Below are positions 19,763-32,565 of a DNA stretch of 64,000 nucleotides, piece by piece (the first letter of the stretch is position 1; the number at the start of each line of letters is the position of its first letter). Both the position numbers and the translations under genes were made by a program. The stretch covers positions 2,108,001 through 2,172,000 of the forward strand of contig MU008161.1 in NCBI GenBank assembly GCA_010909165.1, given 5' to 3'. The notes below the pieces were generated by a model. That model was not told the origin of the DNA. It did no database searches and was given only the letters and a program-made list of their open reading frames with translations. Origin of the DNA: Anthoceros angustus (lineage: Eukaryota; Plantae; Anthocerotophyta).

Positions 19763-22385
19763 CTACTCTATGTAGGGAGTTAGGCGAGCGAGGCGGATGT
19801 CACGTAACAGCAGCCTTGTGAAGAACGCCGTCTCCTCTGGATTAGCCACCCACCTGTGAACAGGAAAGTTGTGAGCTCGAGATCTCGAATAGAAGCATTA
19901 ATCTACACGTCCCTGCACGTAAAGACGACTTACAGGATGGAGCATTTCGACCGTGTAGCAGAATCGTTGCCACTGAGCGTGAATCGGTCGCCGACGTGCA
20001 ATGTTTCATAAGGCTTTTTTCCGAGATATTGCATGAGAGCACCAAGGCCCAGGGACTTGTTGCCTGCAGAACCACAATCAACGACTGAGAAGAAGCAGAA
20101 AATTTGAGGAGGAATCTTACCTGAGACGACTATGGCAGTGTAATGCATGCCCGTAAGCAGAGCAGCTGGTGAGAATAGTAAACCTACCGACGTCGACGAA
20201 CACATCTGCATCAAAAATTCCAACGACAGACAAAAGGGTTACTTCAGGACATGGATGAGGCCGAGAATTGCACTGTTTGTGGTTTCACCGGCTCACCATT
20301 GCCCCCGTTGAACGCACAAAAGGTCAACTTGGAATCCACGAGCTGGACTTGCACAGTCAAGGCTAACTCCTCAAGCACCTGTTGCAAGTAGCACAGGTAA
20401 CCAGCAGCCGAGAGAGTCAGATACAGGAAAGCACTGCTGCAGCAATTCTATGTCGGAGAGAGATACAATGTGGCATTCCCAAACTTCGATTTCAGTCCAC
20501 CTCGTAGATTGTAGGTTCCTTTGGGACCGCTCCTACTGCCTTTGGTTTCCGAACTATTTCCACGGGTAACCTCAAACGGGCTGCAGCTGATCTCAGTGCA
20601 CCCTCCGCATCATCCAGCAATGCCTGCACATCCTCCTCCACCCACGCCAGCATGTCTTTGGACTTCCACAGTTCATCAGGTACAAATTCAAGCCGGTAGT
20701 CGCTGTTAACTCGAAGAAGATAGTTACATTCTCCACCCATGACGTGAAAAAGGCTTGTTATGCTTGGAGACAAGTCAAGATCTTTGAATGCAGCCAGCAA
20801 TCCAGCCAGACGGTCTTCAAACCGTGCCGCATCTCCTGGATACCCTGCCAGCAACTTCAGATTCAAATTAGAAACCTACTGAAGGAGGAAAGTGATCGTT
20901 CTAAGGCCCTATCGACCAATCAGAGCATCATTTTCAAACTATCCTACGCAGAAGAGAGACTACAGCCATCAGTGTAACTATGACAAGAGATCCGTCATGA
21001 GGAAGGGCCCCTGAAGACCAGAGGCCTCTTCTCCGGATACACATGATGTCATCATTTGGCTCCTAGTCTATGCACCTACAGCTTCCTCGTAAAGCACACA
21101 CCAATTCAGAAACGGAAGAAAAAATCACCGGCAGCAGTTACAATTGCCACGTGAGCCCCATGCTGCATAAGCTTGATGATGTGGCCGATCATTTTATTGT
21201 CCCTTCGAATATGGTGACCATCTGCATACACAGTACCATCTGCATCAAAAGTAATCAAAGACAACTTCTCTGCAATGGCATGGACCTGCATCCAAATGAT
21301 TACAGGTTAAAAACAATCTGCATCGACTCAAAGACCACCTACCCACACTAAACAGCCAAACATCTCACTCACCTGTGCTATATTGAGCACATGCCGGATC
21401 TCTGCAAAATTAGGCGGCACATACTTCCGCCGTGACAGCGAGGCAAATTCATCGTACTCCTGCAATGCTTGCACCAAGGGCAGGGTTGTATAGAACCGGC
21501 CCACAGACGGCACAAGTCTACCGAGAGTGCTTCGTTTCGGGTCCTCAAGGTGCTCCCGTATCCACCTTTCCATCTTTTCCATCACCTTCAGCATGATTCC
21601 AAGCCACGCGCTACCATTAGGATCCAGAAAAGCCTTACCAACCACGCATTCGAACTTCAGCATTTCGTACAACACCAGTATACCTGAAACGGAGAATGAG
21701 TGGAGTGCATTGAGATCAGGAACTCGATAAGCCCATCCTGCTCCTTCAGCCTCCCCTTCCGCCGCAACACATGTGCGTCAGCCACGCTGCTGGCTCTCGA
21801 GAGGTGTGCGTCTTCCAAAGCCTCCTTACTCAGCAGCATGTTCCACCGCACGCGCGAGTACTGGTCGCTCCTGCTCCCGCTGGTGCTCGCCTTACCAATG
21901 CCGTCGACATCAGTCTCCCGCTCGCTCTCCTCGTCAGAGCCCGGGGCTGCAGCGCCGGGGCCATCCCTCTGCGCTGCATCCCCAAGCCTGTTGTCCAGAA
22001 CCGCGTCTTCTTTCACACCTCCCCCGCCCTTGCTCCTGCTTCTGCCCCGTTTGGCAGCAGCTTTTCCGGCCTCCAGCTCGCCGTCCGGCCTCTGCGCCGC
22101 GACCTCCTGCTGCGCTGACAGATTGCATCGCCAGCTGCGGCCCAGCCACCCGGGCCTGGCACCCGCCTCGCTCACGAGCTCAGCTCTGCTGATCGCCGGG
22201 CCGCAGGAGGCTGTGGGCAGGGCTGCGGCGGGGATAGCCAGAGGCGCTACGTGACAACAGGCCCCCATTCTCCAATACATTGTCCAAGCCCAACGTCGCT
22301 GATCGGCGGCCTGATATGTAGCCTGGCCACCCAGCGCCAGGCTTCCCGCCGGCCATTGCGGTCTTGAATTGTATGTTTTCGTCAT
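19763..22385 (-). CDS. ISN1: IMP-specific 5'-nucleotidase (ISN1 family, HAD), multi-exon; start uncertain
   Basis: RRKGRLKEQDGLIEF, VPPNFAEIRHVLNIAQ, LITFDADGTVYADG, VAIVTAAGYPGD, HVMGGECNYLLR, FNGGN, LHVGDRF..GND and WVANPEET. Stop TAG at 19763-19765. Confidence 0.88.
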
Positions 22386-22419
22386 AAAACCTGTCTAGAA
22401 CCATAAACCCTAAACAGGT

Positions 22420-22580
22420 CCAGAAGAAGAAGAACGGAATTCTATGGACGGAATTTCCGTGATAGGACTTGGTACTGCACAACTTGGTGCCTAAACCTAC
22501 TTGCACCAAGGGCATCCACTGATTCCACTCCCGTTTAGGCACCCCATCTAAAAGGATGCTTAGTACCAGAACCTCTTTCA
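22420..22580 (-). mobile_element. (TTC)n-tailed short non-LTR/SINE-like repeat, copy 1
   Basis: Homologous to the copies at 24.4, 37.8 and 42 kb (CCAAGGGCATCCA, TTTAGGCACCCCATCTAA, GACGGAA.TTCCGT); AGAAGAAGAAG tail on the + strand. Confidence 0.65.
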
Positions 22581-22959
22581 CACCGCACGAAGTTAACCCG
22601 ATGTTTAGTTTGTCCATCAGCGGAAGAGGGGGGGAGGCGGAGAGAGCGGGGATTTGCTGCGATGGGAAACCCGCTTCTCAGGAAGCTTGCGAGTGTGGCG
22701 GAGTGGGTAATCTTGCCTGGGGCGATGGTGGCGGCCTGCATCGCTGCCAGCGGGGATCTGCCGGAGCAGGATCGAACCGCAAAGAAGTCGCAGAAACGCT
22801 AGTGAGGCTTTCGATGGAGTGGGCTAGGGTTTGGTCCGGATTTCTGCCTTTCTTTGTGGCAGGGACTTTGTGTCGTGCATGAGATGGAGAGCCTGCACAG
22901 GTCATCTCAAAAAACCGTATTGGCCCCAGATTCGCCCGACTGAGCATCGGATGAATTGT

Positions 22960-23190
22960 TGCACAGGTTCAGCACGGGATCGGATCCTATGGAAGATTGC
23001 GCAGTTGAGGACGGAATGAGCTCCCATGGATTGTTGCACATCTTGAGGATGGAATTGGATCCTATGGCTTTTTGCACAGTTTAAGGACGGAGTTGGATCC
23101 TATGGCTTTTTGCACAGTTTAACGACGGAATTGGATCCTATGGCTTTTTGCACAGTTTAAGGACGGAATTGGACCCTATGGATTCTTGAA
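22960..23190. repeat. Degenerate ~41 bp minisatellite (GGATCCTATGGCTTTTTGCACAGTTTAAGGACGGAATT)
   Basis: Direct inspection; about 5 copies that grade into the 227 bp array. Confidence 0.8.
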
Positions 23191-23842
23191 TGGGTTGAGC
23201 ACGGCTCTGCTGCTGGAGAACATCTTTTCAAAGGAATCTCGTTATCTTTTTCCCGCAACGTGACATAGGACTGTGGTTTGCAGATTGATACATCGTCGGA
23301 CTTGAAAGACCCTTTCCTTCAATTCCACGTTATTTTCGAAGGTCTGACGTTTTTTCCTTCGCTTCCAGTTGTGCGGTGGTAACGATCGGACGGAATTGGA
23401 CCCTATGGATTCTTGAATGGGTTGAGCACGGCTCTGCTGCTGGAGAACAGCTTTTCAAAGGAATCTCGTTATCTTTTTCCCGCAACGTGACATAGGACTG
23501 TGGTTTGCAGATTGATACATCGTCGGACTTGAAAGACCCTTTCCTTCAATTCCACGTTATTTTCGAAGGTCTGACGTTTTTTCCTTCGCTTCCAGTTGTG
23601 CGGTGGTAACGATCGGACGGAATTGGACCCTATGGATTCTTGAATGGGTTGAGCACGGCTCTGCTGCTGGAGAACAGCTTTTCAAAGGAATCTCGTTATC
23701 TTTTTCCCGCAACGTGACATAGGACTGTGGTTTGCAGATTGATACATCGTCGGACTTGAAAGACCCTTTCCTTCAATTCCACGTTATTTTCGAAGGTCTG
23801 ACGTTTTTTTCCTTCGCTTCCAGTTGTGCGGTAGTAACGATC
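23161..23842. repeat. ~227 bp tandem repeat x3, near-identical
   Basis: Units begin GGACGGAATTGGACCCTATGGATTC at about 23161, 23388 and 23615. Confidence 0.93.
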
Positions 23843-24344
23843 GCCTTTTTTTCGCACAGCGAACTCTGCAAATGCCATTCGTTAAAGCCCGGTAGGAACT
23901 AAAGCCAGCGAGACAGTAGCTACTAAAGCGTAAACAGTTGCTTCTTTCAATCCCGTTAATATACCCAAGTTATGGCGGCTCCCCATAAAACTAAAATAAG
24001 TGTGTTTGAAAAAAGAATTTTCCAAGGATCGATTTCCCAAATTCTGTCATATAGTTCCCTTGAAGCATTTTGTGCGCATTGGCAACTCCTTGAATTGTAA
24101 CTCGTCAATATGAACATTACTCCTATTACATCATTTCCATTAACTCTAATAATAAAATATATGATAAAATATTTTTATCTCAAAGTTCGTAGAACTATGA
24201 ATTTTTACCCGTATTTTTGTTCGACGCCCGAGGGCGAACTAGGTGGAAAAAAATCCATAGTTTAGTTCGGCCTCCGACTGCAATGCAAATGATATAAAGC
24301 TGTCGTTGTTTTGTTGTTGTGTTGTTGGTAGGGCGTCATCCATG

Positions 24345-24695
24345 TCCAAATGGCTCAGGCCAGATGGATACACATTTATAAGACCGTCGTGATTAAGCGT
24401 CCTGTACTTAGATCGGTACTTAGATGAGGAGCCTAAAGGGAGTGTATGCCCTTGATGCAAGTAGCTTAGGCAAGATGGATACACATTTATAAGAACGTCG
24501 TGATTAAGCGTCCTGTGCTTAGATCGATACTTAGATGGGGAGCCTAAAGGGAGTGTATGCCCTTGGTGCAAGTAGCTTAGGCACACCATGGTACAAGTTC
24601 TTAAGTACCAAGTGCCAAGTTCTTAAGTACCAAGTGCCATGACGGAAATCCGTCCTTAGTGGACTTAAATATATATTTTTTAAATTCTTCTTCAT
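24345..24695 (+). mobile_element. (TTC)n-tailed SINE-like repeat, copy 2, with internal ~111 bp duplication
   Basis: Ends GACGGAAATCCGTCCTTAGTGGACTTAAAT..TTCTTCTTC. Confidence 0.7.
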
Positions 24696-25314
24696 CATGT
24701 CAACTCTAACCAAAAATCCAAAAGCCAAAAACAAATCCAAAACCCTAATACATATGGAAAGAGGAGATAGGTGAACCCATTACTAAAGGAGATAAAACAT
24801 ACATATGTAGTACGTATACACCTGTGGCTGGGGTTTGGAAGTCGCTCAGCCTTGGTTTGTTGCCGCCAGAAGTCCTAAGGTACAGCTTGCAACGTTCCTT
24901 CCAGAGCTGCGAGCAGCAAGAAACAGTCCGGAAGGCTCACATCACGTGCCGTGCATGCTCTTGGAACCGGTTTTGCAAGGTGCACAGCCGGCTTCTTACG
25001 TGATGAAGGTATAGGATGTTGCACGGAATGTGGACGAGTCAATAGATCACCGAACGTGGATGCGCAAGTAATAACCCCCCGTGCCTCCGCTGCCGTTTGT
25101 CGTATACCTGGCAAATGATTTTAGAGTGTCATTGGCTGTGTGGTGACATTCTTTCGTTGCTTGTGGAGAGTTTGATCTTGAAAAGGATCCAATGTGCTTG
25201 TCAAGTACAGATTTAGGGAAGTGCGCCTGTGGTATTCAGATCTCGAGTTCCTTGTCGACACGGAGCTGTCTTAGCAGTCATGGCTCGTTTCTGGTAGACG
25301 TTTTCTATCTTGAC

Positions 25315-25745
25315 AAGGGAACCAGTTCATGACATCCAGCGAATCGGAGAAGTCTCGTCTGGTTTTCAAGAGCAACTTCTTGTGATGGCTTTGTCATAGT
25401 TACACTGATGGTTCCAGAATTTCCATTGCAAAAGTCACGCATCTTGTCTTTAGAGTCTTGCCCTAGGGAACCAACTGATGACATCCAGTGAATCGGAGAA
25501 GGCTCATCTGGTTTTCAGGGGCACTTCCTTATGATGGATCTATGTCATAGTTACACTGATGGTTCCAGCATTTTCATCGCAGAAGTCAAGCATCTAGTCA
25601 CTCGGAATTGAGAGGGGACCAACTGATGACAGCTAATGAATCGGAGAAGGCTCGTCTGGTTTTCAGCAGCACTTCCTTATGATGGATCTACGTCATAGTT
25701 ACACTGATGGTCCCAGCCTTTCCATTTCAGCAGCCAAGCAACTCG
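25315..25745. repeat. ~149 bp degenerate tandem repeat x3
   Basis: GAATCGGAGAAG.CTC.TCTGGTTTTCA..GTCATAGTTACACTGATGGT occurs three times. Confidence 0.85.
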
Positions 25746-25751
25746 TTTCGT

Positions 25752-25908
25752 GGAGTCTTGCGTTAGGGCAGGCCATGGGATTCCTGCATTGGGGCAGACT
25801 GTGGGAGTCCTGCATTAGGGCAGACCATGGGAGTCCTGCATTAGGGCAGACCATGGGAGTCCAGCATTAGGGCAGACCATGGGAGTCCAGCATTAGGGCA
25901 GACCATCG
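25752..25908. repeat. 26 bp minisatellite GGGCAGACCATGGGAGTCCTGCATTA x~6
   Basis: Contiguous units with no spacers. Confidence 0.9.
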
Positions 25909-26435
25909 GACTCGTCGTGCTTTAGAGCAGAACAAGTGGTTGCTTTGTTTGGTTTTGCTGCTAACTCACTGTTCAGTTGTGAGCAAATAGTAAGCATACC
26001 GAATGCATGCGTGTGGCATCAGCGCGCTACATTTTCTGGATCTTCTGTTATTCCAGGATGCAGCTCCTGGTCACGCAGATGAATATGCTGCGGTCATCAA
26101 TCTGGTACAGAAAAAAAATTTCCTTAGTGGAAAATGGTTGTTATTCTGAACAGTGCGGACCCGGTACCAGAATGCAACAAGCCAACTGCATCTGTGACGA
26201 ATGGTTCGAAGCTTCTGGGCGAGTGGTTCAAGGCGCAAGCTTAAATAACTGGCCACATATCTCGCCTGTGTTTCAGCCACAAACTGGGCACCACTTGGCC
26301 TCACCTTGTTCTTCTGTTCTTCCCCTTCCCTTCCCTGTGTTGTGCTTGTGTTCGCGCTTACCTTTGATTTGCGGTGTGCTGTGTGTTGTGATCTAAAGTG
26401 TTCTGTGCTGCTGCGGAGCGGAAGCTGTCGTGGCT

Positions 26436-27845
26436 ATGGCGTCCCAGGTGCACATGGCCGCTCGCTCGGCGGGGGCCTTGGTGAGTGCTCCCCGGGATGG
26501 CGTGTACCGGGCCTTCTCCGGCTTGAAGTCGGTGGTGGGTCTGAGTCGGCGGGCCTTCCAGCCGGCGGTGTTGCTGCGAGCTCAGGAAGCCGGGGAGTCC
26601 CGGGTCCGCATGCAGGCGGTGGCCGCCGAGACGTCTCGCTTCGCCGGTGTGCCCCAGGCCCCCCCGGATCCCATCCTGGGAGTGTCGGAGGCGTTCAAGG
26701 CGGACACCCACCCGGCCAAGCTCAACCTGGGCGTGGGAGCCTACCGGACGGAGGAGCTGCAGCCGTACGTGCTCAAGGTGGTGCGGGATGCGGAGAAGAA
26801 GATGGTGGAGAGCGGGCTGTTCAAGGAGTATCTCCCCATCGAGGGTCTGGCTGCCTTCAACAAGGCGACGGCTGAGCTGCTGCTGGGAGCTGACAATGTC
26901 GCCATCAAGGAGAACCGGGTGGCCACAGTGCAGGGGCTGTCCGGAACCGGATCCCTCCGCCTCGGCGCCGCCTTCATCCAGCGGTACCTGGGGGGAGCCA
27001 AGGTGCTCATCTCGTCTCCCACCTGGGGGAACCATAAGAACATCTTCACCGACGCCGGGGTGCCGTGGTCCGAGTACCGCTACTACGACCCGAAGACGGT
27101 CGGCCTGGACTTCCGGGGGATGATCGACGACATCGCTGCGGCTCCTGCTGGATCCGTCATTCTGCTGCATGGCTGTGCCCACAACCCTACCGGGATCGAC
27201 CCGACCCCGGAGCAGTGGGTGAAGATCGCGGATCTGATCGAAGAGAAGGGGCATCTTCCCTTCTTCGATGTGGCGTACCAGGGGTTTGCCAGCGGGAGCT
27301 TGGACGAGGACGCGGGTTCTGTGAGGTTGTTTGTGGACAGGGGGATTGAGCTGCTGGTGGCGCAGTCTTACAGCAAAAATTTGGGGCTGTATGCGGAAAG
27401 GATCGGGGCCATCAACGCCGTGGTGTCGTCTCCTGATGTGGCCGTGAAGGTGAAGAGCCAGCTGAAGCGGCTGGCCCGACCTATGTACTCGAACCCTCCG
27501 GTGCATGGGGCTCAGATTGTGGCAAGCATTGTCGGGGACCCTGCTCTGTTCGATGAGTGGAGAGGTGAGATGGAGGTGATGGCCGGGAGGATCAAGACTG
27601 TGCGCCAGAAGCTGTTTGACTACCTGTCTGAGAAGGACAAGAGCGGGAAGGACTGGTCGTTTGTGCTGAAGCAGATCGGCATGTTCTCCTTCACCGGCCT
27701 GAACACGGCCCAGAGCGACAACATGACTGACAAGTGGCACATCTACATGACCAAGGACGGCCGAATTTCCCTGGCAGGTCTGAACTTGGCCAAGTGCGAG
27801 TATTTGGCCGACGCCATCATCGACTCCTACCACAACGTGAAGTGA
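26436..27845 (+). CDS. ASP5: Aspartate aminotransferase, plastid type (class I PLP), intronless CDS
   Basis: Transit-peptide-like N-terminus, APPDPILGV, LNLGVGAYRTEE, LHGCAHNPTGIDP, FFDVAYQGFASG, PLP-lysine motif SYSKNLGLYAERIG and DGRISLAGL. Confidence 0.95.
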   Translation: MASQVHMAARSAGALVSAPRDGVYRAFSGLKSVVGLSRRAFQPAVLLRAQEAGESRVRMQAVAAETSRFAGVPQAPPDPILGVSEAFKADTHPAKLNLGVGAYRTEELQPYVLKVVRDAEKKMVESGLFKEYLPIEGLAAFNKATAELLLGADNVAIKENRVATVQGLSGTGSLRLGAAFIQRYLGGAKVLISSPTWGNHKNIFTDAGVPWSEYRYYDPKTVGLDFRGMIDDIAAAPAGSVILLHGCAHNPTGIDPTPEQWVKIADLIEEKGHLPFFDVAYQGFASGSLDEDAGSVRLFVDRGIELLVAQSYSKNLGLYAERIGAINAVVSSPDVAVKVKSQLKRLARPMYSNPPVHGAQIVASIVGDPALFDEWRGEMEVMAGRIKTVRQKLFDYLSEKDKSGKDWSFVLKQIGMFSFTGLNTAQSDNMTDKWHIYMTKDGRISLAGLNLAKCEYLADAIIDSYHNVK

Positions 27846-28591
27846 GCAAGCAAGCCTTGGGCTTCCTCCAGTAGTCGGGGCCGGAGGAGAGCGTGCGTTG
27901 TGCACCAGGTTCCCAGCTCTGTGCGGAATATCTCCCTTGGTAGTCTTAATTTTTTGTTAGCGAAATAGCTCTCTCCAAGGTCTGCTTCACGAGATATGAT
28001 GTTTGCTAGTGCACCTTTTGCTTTTGCGTCTGCCTTTCAGGGTCACAGAAACCTCACTCAGTGACTGGATGAGGCAGATGCTTGGGAAGTGTTGTCTCCC
28101 GCCTGCATCGTGCACCGCAAACGTGAGTTGTCATTGTGGAGTAGTGCATTCCTGGGCATGTTGCGAATTGATCTGTCCACTTGGTCGGAACATTCTTGGA
28201 TGATGAATACCCATATAGAAATAAAAGGTTTCCCTCCCTGAAACTCTTGCATCCGGTGCTTATCGTTCCAGGCCCTGCTTTGTTCTGAAGCTCTCGTCTC
28301 CTTCACGACTTCACGTCACTGCTTAATCACTCCCATCGGCCTCCGTGATACGAAATGAACGGTCTTTGATGAAAGGCAGGTGAACAAAAATCGCAAGTGT
28401 CGTATGAAAGATCAGATTTAGACATCAGCCTTTATGCGAAGTACATCCATGGAAAGATTCCATCTCCGGAAGATGCCACGTAGAAATGCGCACTTGGCAA
28501 GCTTCCAGCGTTGAGGAAATCGCTGAAACCTAGCGATTTTCTTGGCAAGGCTTTTCCTTTCCTGTTGGGTTGTGAATATGAGGGGAATCCG

Positions 28592-31500
28592 ATGGCTGGG
28601 CGCTGGGCTCTGACGGCCTTGCCTTGCTCCGGGAAGTCTGTGTGTGCATCGATGGGTTTCTTGCAGAGTAGAATGTTGGTGGTGGGCGGAGTGCTGGGTG
28701 TGTTGGTGATGCTCGCCGCTTGGGCTCCTGCGGCAGGCGGGTCATCCAATTACCTGATAGGTGTGGGAAGCTTCGACATAACGGGCCCTGCTGCCGATGT
28801 CAACATGATGGGCTACGCGAATCCTACGCAAAATGCAGCTGGGATTCACTTCAGGCTGCGGTCGCGGGCCTTCATTGTGGCCGAGCCTGGCACCAATTCC
28901 TCGGATGGAAAGCGGGTCGTGTTTGTGAACGTGGATGCTTGCATGGGTGCTCAGGTTGTGGCACTGCATGTCTTCGAACGGCTCAAGGCGAGGTGATTGC
29001 TCCCCTGCCTTGTATCGCATTGGAGGCTACGGTAGTCCGCTGGGTGGGTGTTGATGGACTGGATGTGGACTGATGGGCAGGTATGGCGATTTGTACTCGG
29101 AGAAAAATGTGGCCATCAGTGGGATCCACACTCATTCAGGGCCCGGCGGGTATCTTCAGTATGTGCTCTACATCGTGACGTCTCTGGGCTTTGTCCGCCA
29201 GTCATTTGATGCCCTTGTGGATGGCATAGAGCACAGCATTGTGCAAGCCCATGAAAATCTGAGGCCAGGATCCTTGTTTGTCAACAAGGGTGAGTCCACT
29301 GCTTGTTCGTGCACATGATGGCTATGTATCAGGAGGAGGTGCGGATGAGCAGCGAGCTAATGCCTTTCTTTGGTTGGCAGCGTTGGCTTTGATTGTTCGA
29401 CTTGTTAAATTGCTTTTTTTGTGAGAGTTGAGCTCGCCATCTGTTCCTTGTCCTATGTGGAATCTTAGTGGTGTTCTTGTATGAGCTCTTCTCTGCACAC
29501 AAAGAAGCTTCTTGTCTGTAAGAAGGTCCCATCCCTTACTGAAGGAAGGATGTGGGTTTTAAATAGATTGGTCATGAGCAAAGGGTGACGTAAGTGGTTT
29601 TCTGATTGCCAACCCCTGGATTGTATTGCAGGGGAGCTGCTTGAGGCAAACATCAACCGTAGCCCGAGTGCGTACTTAAACAACCCAGCTGAGGAACGAG
29701 CAAAGTATGATCATGATGTTGACAAGGAGATGACCCTGGTGAAGTTTGTCGATGAGGAATGGGGTGAAGTTGGGGCCTTGAGCTGGTTTCCAGTTCATTG
29801 TACTTCGATGAATAGGACGAATGTACTCATTAGTGGTGACAACAAAGGGGCTGCCTCACGATTCATGGAAGACTGGTTCAAGCAGAAGACGGCCAGTCAT
29901 CCATTTACAGAAGAAGCCACAATTGACAAGAGTTTCCAGAACAGTTTTCTGTTTGATGTTGCAAGGAGGATTCCCCGGCGAGTTTCAAAGGCTACACCAA
30001 GACGGTTTCACTCGCTTGGTATATCACAGACTAATTCAGAGCAAAACATGACAGGTGGTCAACAAGAGGGAGGGAAGCTTGAACTAACAATATGTCCATG
30101 ACTTTGCAGATAACAGGGCATTGGAGATAGCACTAAACATGCCAAGCCCCGGTGGTAAACCCAGCACGAAGCTGTCCAACTTGCTACATCGAGTGAGGAG
30201 CACCTACAAGGATTCCTTGAGGCCACCTTTTGTGGCAGCATTTGCTCAGAGTAATGTTGGGGATACAAGTCCCAATGTGTTGGGTGCTTTCTGTGATGAC
30301 ACCGGTCTACCTTGTGATTTCAATACAAGCACCTGCGGTGGGCAGAATGAGCTGTGCAACGGACGTGGTCCAGGGTATATTTTGCAAAGCCTTATCTTGG
30401 TTTGACCGGAAGTGATGTTTTTTGTGTCCATATTGCTGCCTGTGGTTAGGTTTGTCAGCCATCAAAATGCTCGTCATGGATTGTGGTGGTTGGCCTTACT
30501 TGCCTTGCCAGCTATCCAGGGGATCATTTTCGAAGCACCAAAATTATCGGTGAGCGGCAAGCTAAACGAGGAGTGGAGCTGTTTGAGGGTGCGAAAGAGC
30601 AGCTACTTGGAGGTGTTGACTATAGACAGACTTACTTGGACATGACTGGAGTTCAAGTGACACTGCCTTCAGGAGAGACAGTAACAACGTGCCCTGCTGC
30701 TGTGGGGTTTAGTTTTGCTGCGGGCACAACAGATGGTCCTGGAGCATTTGATTTCAAACAGGGTGATGCACAGGTAACTTGATCTCCCTTATCATAAGTC
30801 TGTCATCAACCACAAAGTCCTGGATGTTGAGTATTGCTGGTCTCCTGTCGCGGACTTGCAGTTGATTTCTGGGCAATGGCTACATGCAGGGAAATCCTTT
30901 TTGGAAGCTTGTGGGTGGAGCACTGAAAACCCCAACAAGTGAGCAAGTGGAGTGCCAGAAGCCCAAACCAATCCTGATCGATACAGGAGAAATGACAACC
31001 CCGTACGATTGGGCGGTATGGCCCCGTTCAACCATTCCACTGTACTTTGAAGCTCGATTTTGCTCAAATGAACTGCAGTTTAGCAAAAGTGGCTCGTCGG
31101 CTGTGGACATGGTGGCAGGGAAGTCTGAATCAAGTGTTTAGTGGGCTGACAGTCTCTGATTATCGTGTTGTGTGCCAGCCATCGGTTCTTCCCATCCAGA
31201 TACTCAGAGTTGGACAATTGATTATTTTATCCGTGCCAGGAGGTGAGTTACATCACACTCTCCCCCAATCCATGAAACTCACTTTGTTCAGCTGTATAGA
31301 CGGTGTGGATGGTCTGCAGAGTTCACAACCATGGCTGGGCGCCGTTTGCGAGATGCTGTAAAGAATGCATTGATCCAGAGCTCAGGAGCAGACTTTAAAA
31401 ATGCACATGTTGTGATTGCGGGGCTTACCAATGGCTATTCTCAGTATGTCACCACATTTGAAGAGTATCAAATTCAGCGATATGAGGTGAGGACTCTGCT

Positions 31501-32119
31501 TTTTCCTCTATGGTGCAGTAAAAGTCAATGGATAAAGAATGTGGCTGAAAGCATTATTGGCGAACAGGGAGCATCAACGTTGTTCGGTCCTCATACTTTG
31601 AGTGCCTACATACAAGAGTTCGAGAAGCTGGCCTCAGCTTTGGTGAAGGACACCAATGTTCCCAACGGGCCTACACCACCTGATTTGCTCAGTAAGCAGA
31701 TATCACTTCTTCCAGGTGTCCTGACCGATGCCACCCCCAGTGGGGTGAACTTCGGGGACTTGAAGCAGGACGTCGTCAGAGGCTCAACCTTCTTTGCAGG
31801 AGACACAGTGGAAGTAGTTTTTCACACCGGATGTCCCCGAAATGATCTGTATACAGAGGGCACATATTCTTTGGTACAGTCCTTTGATTCCACGACGGGC
31901 TTGTGGAATGATCTGTATGATGACGACGACTGGTGTGTCCAGTTCCTCTGGAATAGGCCTTCACAGCTGAGTCCTCAGAGCTTTGCCACAATCAGGTGGG
32001 AGATTCCAGACACAGCTCCTCCAGGTGTCTACCGAATCCGACATTTTGGAGCCTACAAGTACATATGGACATCGGTGAAGCATTTCAGTGGCACATCCAG
32101 CTCGTTTGTAGTCTCGTGA
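28592..32119 (+). CDS. NCER: Neutral/alkaline non-lysosomal ceramidase, multi-exon; start uncertain (28592-28673)
   Basis: YLIGVGSFDITGPAADVNMMGYAN, GIHTHSGPGGY, WFPVHCTSM, GDNKG, NVGDTSPN, AAGTTDGPGAFDF, EFTTMAGRRLR, GLTNGYSQYVTT, YRIRHFG. Confidence 0.95.
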
Positions 32120-32565
32120 ATGCTTGCCCCTAGCAGCTCATTGCAGAGTAAGACCGGAAGTCATCGTATGTTTTCCGGCTTCGCAGTTGGGCTTATTTTG
32201 TAAAACATAATTTAATTCTTTGTTCTTTGTAACATGGAAGACTTTTGGAAGGCTAGATTGCTAGCAACTGCATCTCAGCAGACATCTACTGGGATGAAAA
32301 ACTGTGATGGAATGCTACAGATGCGAATGTGTTGCAATGATGCAACTCTGATAGTGGACTTGAATCCAGGCTCTCCCACGCTCCATTCCTTCCCTCCCAC
32401 CATCGGAGGAGGAGAAGAATGTGTAGACACGAAGTGTAAAGAGAAGGAAAGAAAACGAACGCCAACGAATTGCATGACATCCGAAGTCCATAAGGATGGT
32501 GAGATGAAGAGCAGCTTTGCTCCAGTCCACGTCCACTATAGCACTACCTTGGCTACCTTGAGTCC

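Noticed and set aside
25752-25908. CRISPR-like array (also 61790-61910 and 14442-14638)
   Set aside because: Contiguous units without unique spacers, no cas genes, eukaryotic context.
26358-27905. 515 aa - strand ORF
   Set aside because: Antisense shadow of the aspartate aminotransferase.
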